Made by a program: the position numbers and the translations under genes
Origin: a virus
Reading direction: 5' to 3' (one strand)
DNA length: 64,000 nt
Virus record (IMG/VR): IMGVR_UViG_3300032315_000647
Location: 32,001 to 96,000 of that record
In this document: in pieces, positions 17,321-28,600 of the stretch
How positions within the stretch are numbered: the first letter of the stretch is position 1
Layout: each line of letters opens with the position of its first letter
Notes under the pieces: generated by a model
Database searches by the model: none
What the model was told of the DNA's origin: nothing
Seen by the model: only the letters and a program-made list of their open reading frames with translations

Positions 17321-18132
17321 TTGTAGTTGAATCTATTAAAATACCATTGAAAGTTATCTTTTATCCATTTACAAACGTCAGCTCCTAATATTTTTTGAGC
17401 ATCGCTTCTTAAAGGTTCCACTTTCTTTCTAATTGTATGATCTCCAAAGATTCCATGAATTTCATCATCTTCCTGTGTCACTTGCTCTACATTATCAAAA
17501 TCATGAATGAAGTCTTCAATTCCAAGATATTGATATAACTGTGTCATTGTTGTCTGTGGATAGAGACACAAGTCTTCATACTTTATAAAATGAATATGTT
17601 TATCAATTCCTTGTCTGAATATTTCATTTAGTCTTTCAATTGCAAGTCCTACAGGAGGACCTGCTAACCATGCATCAATTCTTTTTGGTGTGGTAGTTCC
17701 TTGACCTGTTGTCCAGTTGAGAATCTTATCTTGCTTATCAGGATGTTTCCTAAAGTTTTTCTCCATGCTACAGAAGATATCTCGTAAGTCTCTTACCATA
17801 CAAACTATCTTAGGTTGAGGATATACAAAGTTGAGAAAATCATAATGTATTCCCCATCCTCTAGACTTGTCTAGAATATATCTTTTGTCTGTAATTGCAT
17901 TGTAATATCCTTTAAGACCTTCATGACAAAAGCCTTTAAAAGCTTCCTTCATAATAGCAGGATCTTGAGCTTTGAACTCACCGCTGTCTGTGTAATTAGA
18001 TCTTGCTGCATAAATCAGTTCAAGTACACCGCTGGTAGGAGTACAATAAAAATCAGGTCTCTGTGCAACAATGTTTTGCAAAAGAGTGCTACCAGTTCTT
18101 GGAAGTGAACTCTGAAAGAATATTTTCTCCAT
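17317..18132 (-). CDS. PAPS-dependent sulfotransferase
   Basis: LPRTGSTLL (5'-PSB loop), DKSR.W, VRDLRDIFCS (3'-PB), IKYEDL. Confidence 0.87.
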   Translation of the reverse strand: MEKIFFQSSLPRTGSTLLQNIVAQRPDFYCTPTSGVLELIYAARSNYTDSGEFKAQDPAIMKEAFKGFCHEGLKGYYNAITDKRYILDKSRGWGIHYDFLNFVYPQPKIVCMVRDLRDIFCSMEKNFRKHPDKQDKILNWTTGQGTTTPKRIDAWLAGPPVGLAIERLNEIFRQGIDKHIHFIKYEDLCLYPQTTMTQLYQYLGIEDFIHDFDNVEQVTQEDDEIHGIFGDHTIRKKVEPLRSDAQKILGADVCKWIKDNFQWYFNRFNYK

Positions 18133-19014
18133 TTAGTTGGTTTTGAGAGATTCAATTATCTCTTCAGCATTGAATATCTCTGTTTCATTATTATATGGAA
18201 ACTCTACTGGGTTTCCTACAATATTAAACTTCTGTAGGTAACTACCTCTTAAGTCAGGTTCTATAGTGAAAGGATTTGCAAGAATATTATGATTCCAATC
18301 ATATCCAAACACTGTAGGACTATTCACTATCCAACACACTGTTGAAGGAAGTTTATATGCAGCAGCTGTATGTTGAGCAAAGCTATCCATGAATAACCTC
18401 TTATCACTTCTTTCAATAACAGCAGCAATCTCTCTAAAGGTAGCAGTTAAAGTGGTTGTATGTGGAATAAAAGGTTGATTCTCTCTTCTAATTTGCATTA
18501 TAAAATAATCATCCTTCAGAGCATTAACAACATCTTGTGCCACTCCAAATGGAATATCTCTAGACCAACTATATAAAACATCTTGATTCTCAGCTCCTCC
18601 ATTAGTTTGAATAATCAATAGAGGCTTGTCAATATTGAAGTTACGAAGATAGAATTCTCTTTCTCTCTGTGTAATAAACAACTCAGGAGCTTCCCCATCA
18701 TAAGAAAGACCATACATCTCACACCATATTTTAATAAGATGCTCCTCACAATAGAGATGTTTTTTCTCTAGATAAGGATCTTGTAAAAAAAAGTGTTCTG
18801 TAAGTTTATCCTCAATAAAGTCTTTATAGAAATAAGATGTTTCACCAAAGTGTAGTATCCTGTCTATATTAGGGTTACCTCTAAAAACATCAGGAAATCC
18901 AGAAACAACAATCAACAGATGATTTGGATATTTCTTTTTAATAGCAGAGCATACAGCTGTTGCCATAATACTCTTTCCTATTCCTCCGTTAATCTGGAAG
19001 ATTATACGCTTCAT
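18133..19014 (-). CDS. GT9-like (heptosyltransferase-fold) glycosyltransferase
   Basis: GGIGKSIMAT, FRGNPNID, MDSFAQHTAAA..LPSTVCW..FGY. Confidence 0.7.
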   Translation of the reverse strand: MKRIIFQINGGIGKSIMATAVCSAIKKKYPNHLLIVVSGFPDVFRGNPNIDRILHFGETSYFYKDFIEDKLTEHFFLQDPYLEKKHLYCEEHLIKIWCEMYGLSYDGEAPELFITQREREFYLRNFNIDKPLLIIQTNGGAENQDVLYSWSRDIPFGVAQDVVNALKDDYFIMQIRRENQPFIPHTTTLTATFREIAAVIERSDKRLFMDSFAQHTAAAYKLPSTVCWIVNSPTVFGYDWNHNILANPFTIEPDLRGSYLQKFNIVGNPVEFPYNNETEIFNAEEIIESLKTN

Positions 19015-19048
19015 GTAGAAATTATTGGTTTTACAAATTTACAAAATA

Positions 19049-19396
19049 TTATACAGTTATAATATCTGGACGATTTACAAATTCTACAACTTGCGTACCA
19101 ACAGTATTTGCAATTGCTGTTAAAACTACACTATCATCTTCACCCCAATCAGAAAGCTGTTCTTGTGTAAGAACAATATATTGTTCATACACCACATTAA
19201 ATGGTGGTAATGCTGGATCTGCAGGGGTACCTCCGTTATTAAATATTCCAAATACCACTCTAAAATTAGTAGACTCTCCTCCTAAAATATATGGACGAGC
19301 ATAGGCACTCATATATTCAGCATCAACAACTTTAAATTCAAATGCTGAAGTTTGAAATACAATTTTTCCTGTAGGATTGATCTTAGCAAATAACAT
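19049..19396 (-). CDS. hypothetical protein (possible fibre assembly/accessory)
   Basis: 115-aa ORF downstream of fibre genes. Confidence 0.6.
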   Translation of the reverse strand: MLFAKINPTGKIVFQTSAFEFKVVDAEYMSAYARPYILGGESTNFRVVFGIFNNGGTPADPALPPFNVVYEQYIVLTQEQLSDWGEDDSVVLTAIANTVGTQVVEFVNRPDIITV

Positions 19397-19407
19397 AGTT
19401 TATGTTT

Positions 19408-20112
19408 TTAAATGATTCCAATACTAAACCTATTCTTAAATACATTGAAATTTTGTAACTCCTCATCAGGAGTTAGTGCTCTAGTATAAAAAAGAGCAGT
19501 TCCAATCCTTCCTCTTAGCTGAACACTACTTCCATTACTATTACGATTAATCATCCAAGCATTAGTGAAATTGACAGTTCCTAAGGATCCGTATGTGTTC
19601 GTAATCCTACTAGTATTATTTATTCTAATTGACATAGATAAAGTGGATGTGTCTCTCACTCCTGATACAAAATTCCAAACGTTTTGAGTTAATGTAGCGC
19701 TTGCAGACCTTCCACCACCGTCTGATACCATAGTGATATTACTAGGAGCAGTTGTTGTTAATCCAAATGTGTTCCCACCACTATTACTTGATGTAAATAG
19801 TCCAGCATTGTCATATTGTCCTTCTGTGTACATTATAACAACTTGCATAGTTAATCCTGAAAGACCAGTGTAAGATGCTGCACTGTTTATATTGAATACA
19901 GAAGAGAAAGGTGAGAAGTCACTGAAGTATATACCATTAAAAACATTGGGATAGAACGTAAATGTACCATTCATTGTGGCATCATAACCACTAATCAAAT
20001 CTTTCCAAGTTGTTCCTGTTCCTCCATAAGACCTTGTTTGGGCAGCATCGTACCACAATGCTAGTCCATTAGTAACCACTGGTATTCCTGAACTTGCTGC
20101 TATACCAAGCAT
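19408..20112 (-). CDS. LamG/concanavalin-like lectin-fold virion protein
   Basis: NGLALWYDA..SY.GTGTTWKDL; W.FV...; G.I....FYTRALT.DE..QNFN. Confidence 0.75.
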   Translation of the reverse strand: MLGIAASSGIPVVTNGLALWYDAAQTRSYGGTGTTWKDLISGYDATMNGTFTFYPNVFNGIYFSDFSPFSSVFNINSAASYTGLSGLTMQVVIMYTEGQYDNAGLFTSSNSGGNTFGLTTTAPSNITMVSDGGGRSASATLTQNVWNFVSGVRDTSTLSMSIRINNTSRITNTYGSLGTVNFTNAWMINRNSNGSSVQLRGRIGTALFYTRALTPDEELQNFNVFKNRFSIGII

Positions 20113-20121
20113 TTTTAAGTT

Positions 20122-23100
20122 TTAAGCTGTTAAGTTACCAATTAAATACCATTCGTCAGTAGCCACCTTCATAAGTGTTACAGCACCATATTGGGCATTG
20201 AGCTTACGCCAACTGTTAGCGCTTCGCAAAGTTACGCCAGCACAAGCACAAACAGTAGTTTGACCAGCACCATATTGCGTAACATTCAAACAAGTACCAA
20301 TTGGGAAAGCCACTTGACTACATGCTGGAACACATATGTTGTTTGCAGCTCCGACATTCATTTCAACCGTCTTACCAGAATCAGCCAAAACTAATGCATA
20401 AGAAGCAGCTTGTCTATTGAACTGTGTCAGTCCATTAAGTTTACCACAAGAACAAACGTTATTGAAATATGCTGTACAAGCATCAAGACCAGTGAGTCCA
20501 CAGCCCATAACAATTGTATAATTGTTACAAGCTAAACTGCTCTGACCAAATGCTAAGGATCCACAACAGAATGCCTTGTTTGATTGTCCTCCTATAATAG
20601 CACTACTTCTACCAAGAGCACAGTTGTCAAATCCTCCTCCTACACTAGCATAAACACCTGATGCAGAGTTAGCACTACCTCCTGCTACAGTTGCATAAGT
20701 GCCTGCAATATTAACTGCACCCCCACCGACAGTACCGTAGTTTGAACACACACAATTTCGTGATCCACCTCCAACTGTTGCTGCTACAGCTGAACCAGCA
20801 AATGGACATATTAATCTATTTCTGTCTCCACCACCAATAGATCCAAAAGGTGTGTTGACATCTATTATATTACAAAAACCTCCACTTATTACCGAACAAC
20901 AGCTGTTCAGTATATTACAATTACCTCCTCCTATTGTACTATGTACTACATTACAAAGCTTATTTGAAGATCCTCCAACAATAGCTGAATAATATCCACC
21001 GTCAATTGCATTAGTACATCCTGATCCTATTAATGAAAATTGTCCAAAAAGCATTGAGTTGCCCTGACCTGAACTTATTCCAGAACCATTACTGTAAGTT
21101 GATATAGTATTACCATAACCGCCTGATATTACTGATTGACCAGAGAAATTTAATATTAAGTTAAGACTACCTCCTCCAACAGTTGAATCAGTTGAATTAA
21201 TACTGACACAATTTCCACTACCTCCTGAGATTGTTGAATAGTATCCTGAGGCTGTGTTATTACATCCTCCACTAACAGTGGCATAATTTCCTGTAGTGGT
21301 GTTGAGTTGACCACAACGAACACTAGAACCAGTCCCTGCACCAAGTATAATTACAGGCGCACTTCCTGAAAATGATGTACCAGAACTTCCAGAAGTTCCA
21401 GACGTACCAGCCCCTCCAGTAACACCGCTTGTTCCACTAGTTCCACTAGTTCCAGTTCCACCATTAACTCCAGAAGTACCTGATGTACCGTTATTACCAT
21501 TAACTCCAGAGGTACCGCTAGTACCTCTAGTACCTGATGTTCCAGACGTACCTGAAGAACCAGCAGCACCATTAACTCCACTGGTTCCACTCGTACCACT
21601 TGTACCTGCTGCACCAGTTCCACCATTTACACCAGATGTACCTGAAGTTCCTGAAGAACCTGCTGCACCGTTGATTCCTGACGTACCACTAGTTCCATTG
21701 TTACCATTAACACCGCTAGTACCAGATGTTCCATTTACACCAGAGGTTCCAGACGTTCCATTATTACCGTTCACTCCAGAAGTTCCACTTGTTCCCCTAG
21801 TGCCCGATGTTCCTGATGTACCACTTGTTCCAGCAACACCGTTAACACCACTTGTACCTGAAGTGCCAGAACTACCTGCTACACCGTTAACTCCTGAAGT
21901 GCCAGAAGTACCACTGCTTCCAGCTGCACCATTTACTCCTGATGTTCCGCTTGTTCCTGAACTGCCAGCAGCTCCATTAACACCACTAGTCCCACTAGTA
22001 CCATTTACACCCGAAGTACCTGATGTGCCAGCTGCGCCATTCACACCAGACGTTCCACTTGTTCCGTTAACACCTGAAGTTCCTGAAGTTCCGTTCACTC
22101 CACTAGTTCCAGAAGTTCCGTTATTTCCATTCACCCCAGATGTACCAGAGGTTCCTCGTGTACCTGATGTACCAGAAGTCCCTGTTGTACCACTAGTTCC
22201 AGATGTACCAGATGACCCTGCTGCACCGTTAACACCTGATGTACCGCTAGTACCTGATGATCCTGCAGCTCCGTTAGCTCCACTAGTGCCACTTGTTCCA
22301 GATGTTCCATTCACTCCACTTGTACCACTAGTCCCAGAGGTGCCATTATTTCCGTTAACACCAGAGGTCCCAGAAGTCCCTGTAGTACCAGAGGTTCCAC
22401 TAGTACCAGATATACCTGACGTACCGCTACTACCATTTGCACCAGAAGTTCCAGATGTGCCATTCACACCTGAAGTACCGCTCGTTCCTGAAGTGCCGTT
22501 AGCTCCAGATGTCCCAGAGGTTCCATTTATACCAGAAGTTCCGCTAGTTCCATTGTTACCAGAAGTACCAGACGTACCTGTAGTTCCACTAGTGCCAGAC
22601 GTACCATTAATCCCTGAAGTACCACTTGTACCATTAATGCCACTAGTCCCTGATGTACCATTGATTCCACTGGTTCCTGAAGTACCATTGACACCAGAGG
22701 TTCCATTTGTACCGTTGATTCCACTAGTGCCACTCGTTCCTCTAGTTCCACTAGTTCCTGATGTTCCACTAGTTCCATTCACTCCAGAGCTACCCGAAGT
22801 GCCTGTGGTACCACTTGTACCTGAGGTTCCATTGATTCCTGAACTACCAGAAGTACCGTTCACTCCAGACGTACCGCTCGTACCATTAACTCCACTCGTA
22901 CCACTCGTTCCTGATGTGCCAGCTAAGCCTGAAGTACCACTAGTTCCATTAATTCCAGATGTGCCTGATGTACCAGTTGTACCACTAGTGCCATTTAAGC
23001 CTGAAGTTCCAGATGTTCCGTTCGTTCCATTAATTCCAGAAGACCCACTGGTTCCACTTGTGCCATTTATTCCTGACGTGCCACTTGTACCTGAAGAACC

Positions 23101-25527
23101 ATTATTACCAGAAGTGCCACTTGTACCATTTATCCCAGAGCTACCAGATGTCCCACTTGTTCCTGTAACACCACTAGTTCCAGATGTACCGTTTGCGCCT
23201 GAGGTTCCACTTGTTCCATTAGTTCCATTTGCACCTGAAGACCCACTAGAGCCAGATGTTCCGCTGGTTCCATTAGCCCCACTGCTTCCAGAGGTACCGC
23301 TAGTTCCTGTGGTGCCTGAAGTTCCACTGCTACCAGATATTCCACTAGAACCCGAAGTTCCAGAACTTCCACTTGAACCAGATGTACCATTAGTGCCATT
23401 ATTTCCATTAACACCACTAGTTCCACTTGTTCCATTTGCGCCTGACGATCCACTACTTCCACTAGTTCCTGAAGTCCCATTTATTCCTGACGTACCGTTA
23501 GTTCCAGATAAACCTGATGTTCCACTCGTACCTGTGCTGCCTGAAGTTCCAGAGGTACCGTTTATACCAGAGGTCCCACTAGTTCCGTTAATTCCAGATG
23601 AGCCAGAACTGCCAGATGTACCGTTGATTCCAGATGTACCAGACGTTCCGTTTATACCTGAACTACCTGCTGTTCCTGAAGATCCACTAGATCCAGAACT
23701 ACCGTTTGTTCCACTAACACCACTTGTACCTGAGCTACCGTTTGAACCAGAAGTTCCTGATGTCCCATTATTACCGCTAGTTCCAGAGGAACCAGATAAT
23801 CCTGAAGTTCCACTACTACCTGATGAACCACTTGTTCCTGATGTTCCAGGTAAACCATTATTACCTGAAGTTCCACTTGAACCTGAAGTTCCTGAGGTTC
23901 CAGAAGAACCGCTCGTCCCTGTTATACCTGAAGAACCAGATGTTCCTGAAACTCCACTAGTCCCTGAAGACCCACTTATACCAGACGTACCATTAGTTCC
24001 GTTACTACCAGATGTACCAGAAGTTCCGTTGTTTCCTGAAGTTCCACTTGACCCACTGGTTCCAGAACTACCATTTATTCCAGAACTGCCAGATGTTCCA
24101 TTTATTCCTGAGCTTCCGCTCGATCCTGAGGTACCATTTATTCCACTAGTACCAGACGTGCCATTCAATCCTGATGAACCTGAACTACCAGACGTACCAC
24201 TTGTACCATTAGTTCCTGAACTACCTGAGGATCCATTAGTCCCATTTATACCTGAGCTACCACTTGAACCAGATGATCCACTAGTGCCTGAAGTGCCGTT
24301 GTTACCACTCGTGCCAGATGAACCGTTTATTCCTGATGTACCTGAGGTTCCATTAGAACCACTTGTTCCTGAACTTCCACTAGTTCCTGCAGTTCCTGGT
24401 AAACCACTACTTCCACTTGATCCACTTGTTCCTGACAAACCAGATGTACCAGATGTACCATTGGAACCTGAAGAACCACTAGTTCCTGCTGTACCATTAA
24501 TTCCAGATGTCCCACTAGACCCTGAACTACCGCTCGTACCAGCACTACCGTTTATTCCACTTGAACCAGAAGTTCCATTTATACCCGAAGATCCTGATGA
24601 TCCATTAGTACCAGATATTCCACTGCTACCAGATGTACCATTGAGCCCACTTGTTCCAGAGCTACCAGATGTTCCTGAGGTTCCATTACCACCTGAGGTG
24701 CCACTTGATCCGCTAGTGCCAGAGGTTCCTGAAGTGCCACTAGTTCCTGATCCTCCACCACCTGTTATTACCACTTGAGCATCACCACCTCCCAAATCAT
24801 TCACTGTAGCACCTGAGAATGTAATTTTGTCAACGTTAGTCACTGTGGTTGTGCCATCAGTCACTTCAACTATTGAAGATGTCCCACTGCTACCAGAGGT
24901 GCCAGAGGTGCCTCTTGTTCCTGAACTACCTGAACTGCCTGAACTTCCATTTGTGCCTGATACTCCACTTGATCCTGATGTTCCATTGCTACCTGACACA
25001 CCACTAGACCCTGAGGTTCCGTTACTACCTTGTATTCCGCTTATTCCAGAGGATCCAGAAGATCCAGATGTACCATTAGAACCACTCAATCCAGAAGTTC
25101 CTGAACTTCCAGATGTTCCAGCTGTTCCTGATATACCAGAGCTTCCACTAGTGCCGTTAGACCCTGATGTTCCTGATGTTCCTGAGCTACCGCTAGTGCC
25201 TGAACGTCCAGAGGATCCTGATGTACCACTACTTCCTGAACCACCTGATCCTGAACCACCTGATTCACAAACAGCCTCTAGTTTTTGTAATATTACCTCA
25301 AGATTATCATTTGTTCTAATCCCTGTACAGATTAAATTGGGTCCTTCATAGAAGACACAAGTTGCGTTCAATATGACAGGGCATGGCTTTATGGAACACA
25401 GCACTGTAGGTGTTGTGGGTATATTTATAGGAGGGCAGTAAATAGGAACATGGATACTACCAGAAGTACCAGAGGATCCACTAGATCCTGAACCACCATA
25501 AGATAATATAGAAGGTAGTACGTTCAT
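20122..25527 (-). CDS. giant tail fibre/adhesin with ~1300-aa (Gly-X-X)n Ser/Thr repeat and YadA-head-like C-terminal repeats
   Basis: GTSGSS/GING triplets; ATVSGG.NN.ASG repeats; C-terminal FPIGT...Q.GAGQ..W.L.G.L domain. Confidence 0.8.
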   Translation of the reverse strand: MNVLPSILSYGGSGSSGSSGTSGSIHVPIYCPPINIPTTPTVLCSIKPCPVILNATCVFYEGPNLICTGIRTNDNLEVILQKLEAVCESGGSGSGGSGSSGTSGSSGRSGTSGSSGTSGTSGSNGTSGSSGISGTAGTSGSSGTSGLSGSNGTSGSSGSSGISGIQGSNGTSGSSGVSGSNGTSGSSGVSGTNGSSGSSGSSGTRGTSGTSGSSGTSSIVEVTDGTTTVTNVDKITFSGATVNDLGGGDAQVVITGGGGSGTSGTSGTSGTSGSSGTSGGNGTSGTSGSSGTSGLNGTSGSSGISGTNGSSGSSGINGTSGSSGINGSAGTSGSSGSSGTSGINGTAGTSGSSGSNGTSGTSGLSGTSGSSGSSGLPGTAGTSGSSGTSGSNGTSGTSGINGSSGTSGNNGTSGTSGSSGSSGSSGINGTNGSSGSSGTNGTSGTSGSSGSSGLNGTSGTSGINGTSGSSGSSGINGTSGSSGINGSSGTSGSSGTSGNNGTSGTSGSNGTNGTSGISGSSGTSGVSGTSGSSGITGTSGSSGTSGTSGSSGTSGNNGLPGTSGTSGSSGSSGTSGLSGSSGTSGNNGTSGTSGSNGSSGTSGVSGTNGSSGSSGSSGTAGSSGINGTSGTSGINGTSGSSGSSGINGTSGTSGINGTSGTSGSTGTSGTSGLSGTNGTSGINGTSGTSGSSGSSGANGTSGTSGVNGNNGTNGTSGSSGSSGTSGSSGISGSSGTSGTTGTSGTSGSSGANGTSGTSGSSGSSGANGTNGTSGTSGANGTSGTSGVTGTSGTSGSSGINGTSGTSGNNGSSGTSGTSGINGTSGTSGSSGINGTNGTSGTSGLNGTSGTTGTSGTSGINGTSGTSGLAGTSGTSGTSGVNGTSGTSGVNGTSGSSGINGTSGTSGTTGTSGSSGVNGTSGTSGTSGTRGTSGTSGINGTNGTSGVNGTSGTSGINGTSGTSGINGTSGTSGINGTSGTSGTTGTSGTSGNNGTSGTSGINGTSGTSGANGTSGTSGTSGVNGTSGTSGANGSSGTSGISGTSGTSGTTGTSGTSGVNGNNGTSGTSGTSGVNGTSGTSGTSGANGAAGSSGTSGTSGVNGAAGSSGTSGTSGTTGTSGTSGTRGTSGTSGVNGNNGTSGTSGVNGTSGTSGVNGTSGTSGVNGAAGTSGTSGVNGTSGTSGVNGAAGSSGTSGTSGVNGAAGSSGTSGTSGVNGVAGSSGTSGTSGVNGVAGTSGTSGTSGTRGTSGTSGVNGNNGTSGTSGVNGTSGTSGVNGNNGTSGTSGINGAAGSSGTSGTSGVNGGTGAAGTSGTSGTSGVNGAAGSSGTSGTSGTRGTSGTSGVNGNNGTSGTSGVNGGTGTSGTSGTSGVTGGAGTSGTSGSSGTSFSGSAPVIILGAGTGSSVRCGQLNTTTGNYATVSGGCNNTASGYYSTISGGSGNCVSINSTDSTVGGGSLNLILNFSGQSVISGGYGNTISTYSNGSGISSGQGNSMLFGQFSLIGSGCTNAIDGGYYSAIVGGSSNKLCNVVHSTIGGGNCNILNSCCSVISGGFCNIIDVNTPFGSIGGGDRNRLICPFAGSAVAATVGGGSRNCVCSNYGTVGGGAVNIAGTYATVAGGSANSASGVYASVGGGFDNCALGRSSAIIGGQSNKAFCCGSLAFGQSSLACNNYTIVMGCGLTGLDACTAYFNNVCSCGKLNGLTQFNRQAASYALVLADSGKTVEMNVGAANNICVPACSQVAFPIGTCLNVTQYGAGQTTVCACAGVTLRSANSWRKLNAQYGAVTLMKVATDEWYLIGNLTA
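21370..25260 (-). repeat. degenerate 9-bp-period coding repeat (GGN-ACN/TCN-WSN)
   Basis: period-3 glycine with synonymous codon variation; produces antisense Pro-rich shadow ORFs. Confidence 0.9.
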
Positions 25528-25640
25528 AATTTGAGTGATGTATAATTTTTAATATATACGATGTATATATTAACAAAATTATCTGTTAGTAATATATATT
25601 CAATGACTTATGAAAAATTAAACTACATAATATAGCGATA

Positions 25641-28600
25641 TCATCTTCTACTTTCCTTCTGAATAGTAATGTCAAATTCTTTAGCGAATTCAGGATCCAG
25701 GATACCACCGTAGGTAAAGATAGATTTTGTGAAAGGAAACATCTTACCGAAATTCTTAATAGGTTGAGCTTTCTTTCTAACCTGTTCAACAGTGAGATCA
25801 GAATCTGATGTATCCACTCCAGTCATTTCCATCATAGCGTGATCAACAAATCTTCCCATGTCTGAGAATATACCAATCGCAGGGAACAGTGATCCACTAA
25901 GAATCTTTTGAAATTCAGCAGGATTGTAGAAGAACGAAAGCTCACTAATGAATTTATCAATTACACGAAGCTGATATCTATAAAAATTCTTACTAGCTCT
26001 ATCATCTTCATCATCAGGAGCAGCAAATCCTAAAGCAAACATTGCGCCAAACATAGACATGAGAATAGAAAGTTCCTTAACCTGGTTTCTGAGATTGATT
26101 CTAATCATGTCTATAAACTCATCTCTATCCATCTCCAAAGGTTTGCCTGTACGTTTTTCATACTTTTCAGCAAACTCTTCGTACATCTTATTCATCAATT
26201 CAACACCTTTATCATTGACAGCCAAGATGTTATAGATGTTAGTTGATCTGTCTCTTATAGATGTACCTAATACATAAGCAAAGAGTCTAATCCTACCAAT
26301 GTCATATTTCTGTCCTGTTGTTATTCCATCTTCTCCTATTTCTACAGAGAAGTCATCACTCACCTTTCTAAACTCTCCAAAACGTGTATCCACTAGTTTA
26401 GGAATCCAGTTTTTGAACACCATCATTGATTTTGTCCAGACACTCATTCCCATACGATTGAGATCACTATCTGAAAGTCCACCAGTAGCATTTCTTGATA
26501 TACGTCTGGTTAAGTTAGTAAGACGTTGAAGCTCATCTATATTAGATAAATCAAGACCAGGGATTACAAGTTTACCATTTTCAAGTTTCTTTGTAACACT
26601 TATGGCTTTGGTTTTCTTCAATTCTTCTATTTCTTCATTAATCTTTGAAGCCACTTCTTTATACTTTGAAGAAGAATCATACCTGTCTTTATACTTCCTT
26701 TTGACGAACTCACGAATGTTGACAATCTTTCCATTGTCTATCATTGTGTTATCAAGAAGAGTGAGGAATATAGACTTCTCAATGTGCTGTTCAGGATGCT
26801 TCATGAAGAAATATAGCATGTCTGAAAAGTTCTGTCTTGTGAGAACTGTTAAACCTGCCTCCTGAAGTTTGTCATACGTAGGATCATCTTTCAGAGGCAT
26901 AAATATATTCACAAGTTGAATAAACATTTCACGTTCTTCATCATTCTTGAACTTATTTCCAACAAGCTTTGTTTCATTAGCTAGCACTTCTCTAGCCTTG
27001 AAGTAGTTACCAGCTTGTGTAGCAATCTGTATGTTAGCACCAAATGCATTCACAGCACCAGAAACAAACTCAAGTCCAAGTGCTTTTAACTGAAATGCTC
27101 TGTTTGCAGCATCCATAGTTTTCACCAGAGATGTAGCAGAAGGATTCTCATCTATTTTGAACACCTCTCTATTGGCTACATTATTCACTGCACTCTTCAT
27201 AAAGTTCATCACCTTACCTACACCAAGTGGTGTGTCACTATCAGACAAGGGATACTTCTGTTCATATAGTAGTGCTCTAAGGAAGTCATTGAAGATTTTT
27301 GCATTACCCTCACTAGTAACTTCTCCTTTAGCCATTACCTTTGGTCCACGTTCATCGTAAACAACTTCACCAACATTATTTGTATTAAGATAGCCTTTGA
27401 AAGTTTCAATAGTTTTAACAAGCTGCAATTGATCCTCCACTTCAGAAAGATATTTGTACTTCTCCATGTGGTTGATGTACAATATCATATTCTTGAAGAT
27501 GTCCTCACTTACATCAGAATAGTCATTTGTACCATCTTCCTTACGAGTGAAGTCATACGTGTAGTATTTAGGAATTGCATTTTCCAATTCACCTGTTAAC
27601 TCGTTTATTTTTCCATATCCTACATCATCAGTTTGTATCTGTAGACTCTTACCAAAGTTCATTACAGCAGAGACATCAAAGTCCCATGCAAGACTTTCTG
27701 CCATTCCTTTCCTTATAAAAGGAAGGAATGTAGAAGCCACCTTATTACTAATATATCCAGACTCTTTAGCTTTATTATTCATCTCATTGATGAAGTTGTA
27801 AAGCTCAAACAGATCATTATCTTTTAGAAGTTCTTTATATTCTTCTGACTGCCATTTAGCTAGAGGATGTCTTTTAATAATGTAATTCTTCCAACCATTG
27901 AAATCTTTCCTATCAATATCCCATTTACGTTTTTCCTCAAGTATCATCTCATCCATTCTATCAGGATCATCATCATACAACTTTTTGATTCTTTCTATCT
28001 TCTTATCAAGCAGTTCTTTTGCTTCTTTCCTATATGCATCTACATCAATGTTATTTAACAACCAGTTTTTATCATGATTTCCTTCGAGTGCATTGTTATC
28101 TACACCTTCAAAGAATTCTTTCTTGAACTTGTATATTAGCTTGTTAACCGTTTTGTTTTTATCATCCTTCTGATAGATTTGTTGAACTAGTTTTCTAACA
28201 TCCCCACCTCTATCAACAAGTTTTTTACGAATAGCCATGAGTCTATCCACTTCACCAAGTGCATCTCTAGAGGCTCTTCCTTTTGCATTTGTGACAAGTT
28301 TGAACAACACTTCCAATGATGCCATAGGAAGTTCTGATATTCCTCTAAAGTTTGAAGACAAACCTTTTACAACAGCTTCAGCATTTAACAGTCCCTTTAC
28401 AAGATTTCGCTCACCTATGAATTTATCAGCAAACTTTCCAGACACCTCTCCAATTTGCTCTGCAGAAAGACGAATCTTTCTAGCTTCATCACTAATGTCT
28501 TTAAGTAGATTCTTGTTAAATGCAACACCCTCCTTAGCTTCTTCAGTGGTAGCATCTTTTTCCATTTGTTCATTATAGATGAGCTCACCGATTAAGTCAT

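Noticed and set aside
19034-19041. Promoter before the GT9-sulfotransferase-cysC genes
   Set aside because: Only a -7 element (TAAATTTG) is visible, with no -33 TTTG at proper spacing.
21370-25260. Possible CRISPR array or DNA-level tandem repeat
   Set aside because: No identical repeats with unique spacers; periodicity is at the amino-acid level with synonymous variation.
21671-25351. Long + strand Pro/Val/Glu-rich ORFs (1035 aa and 174 aa)
   Set aside because: Antisense shadows of the Gly-X-X repeat (GGN reads as Pro on the reverse strand); no independent start context.
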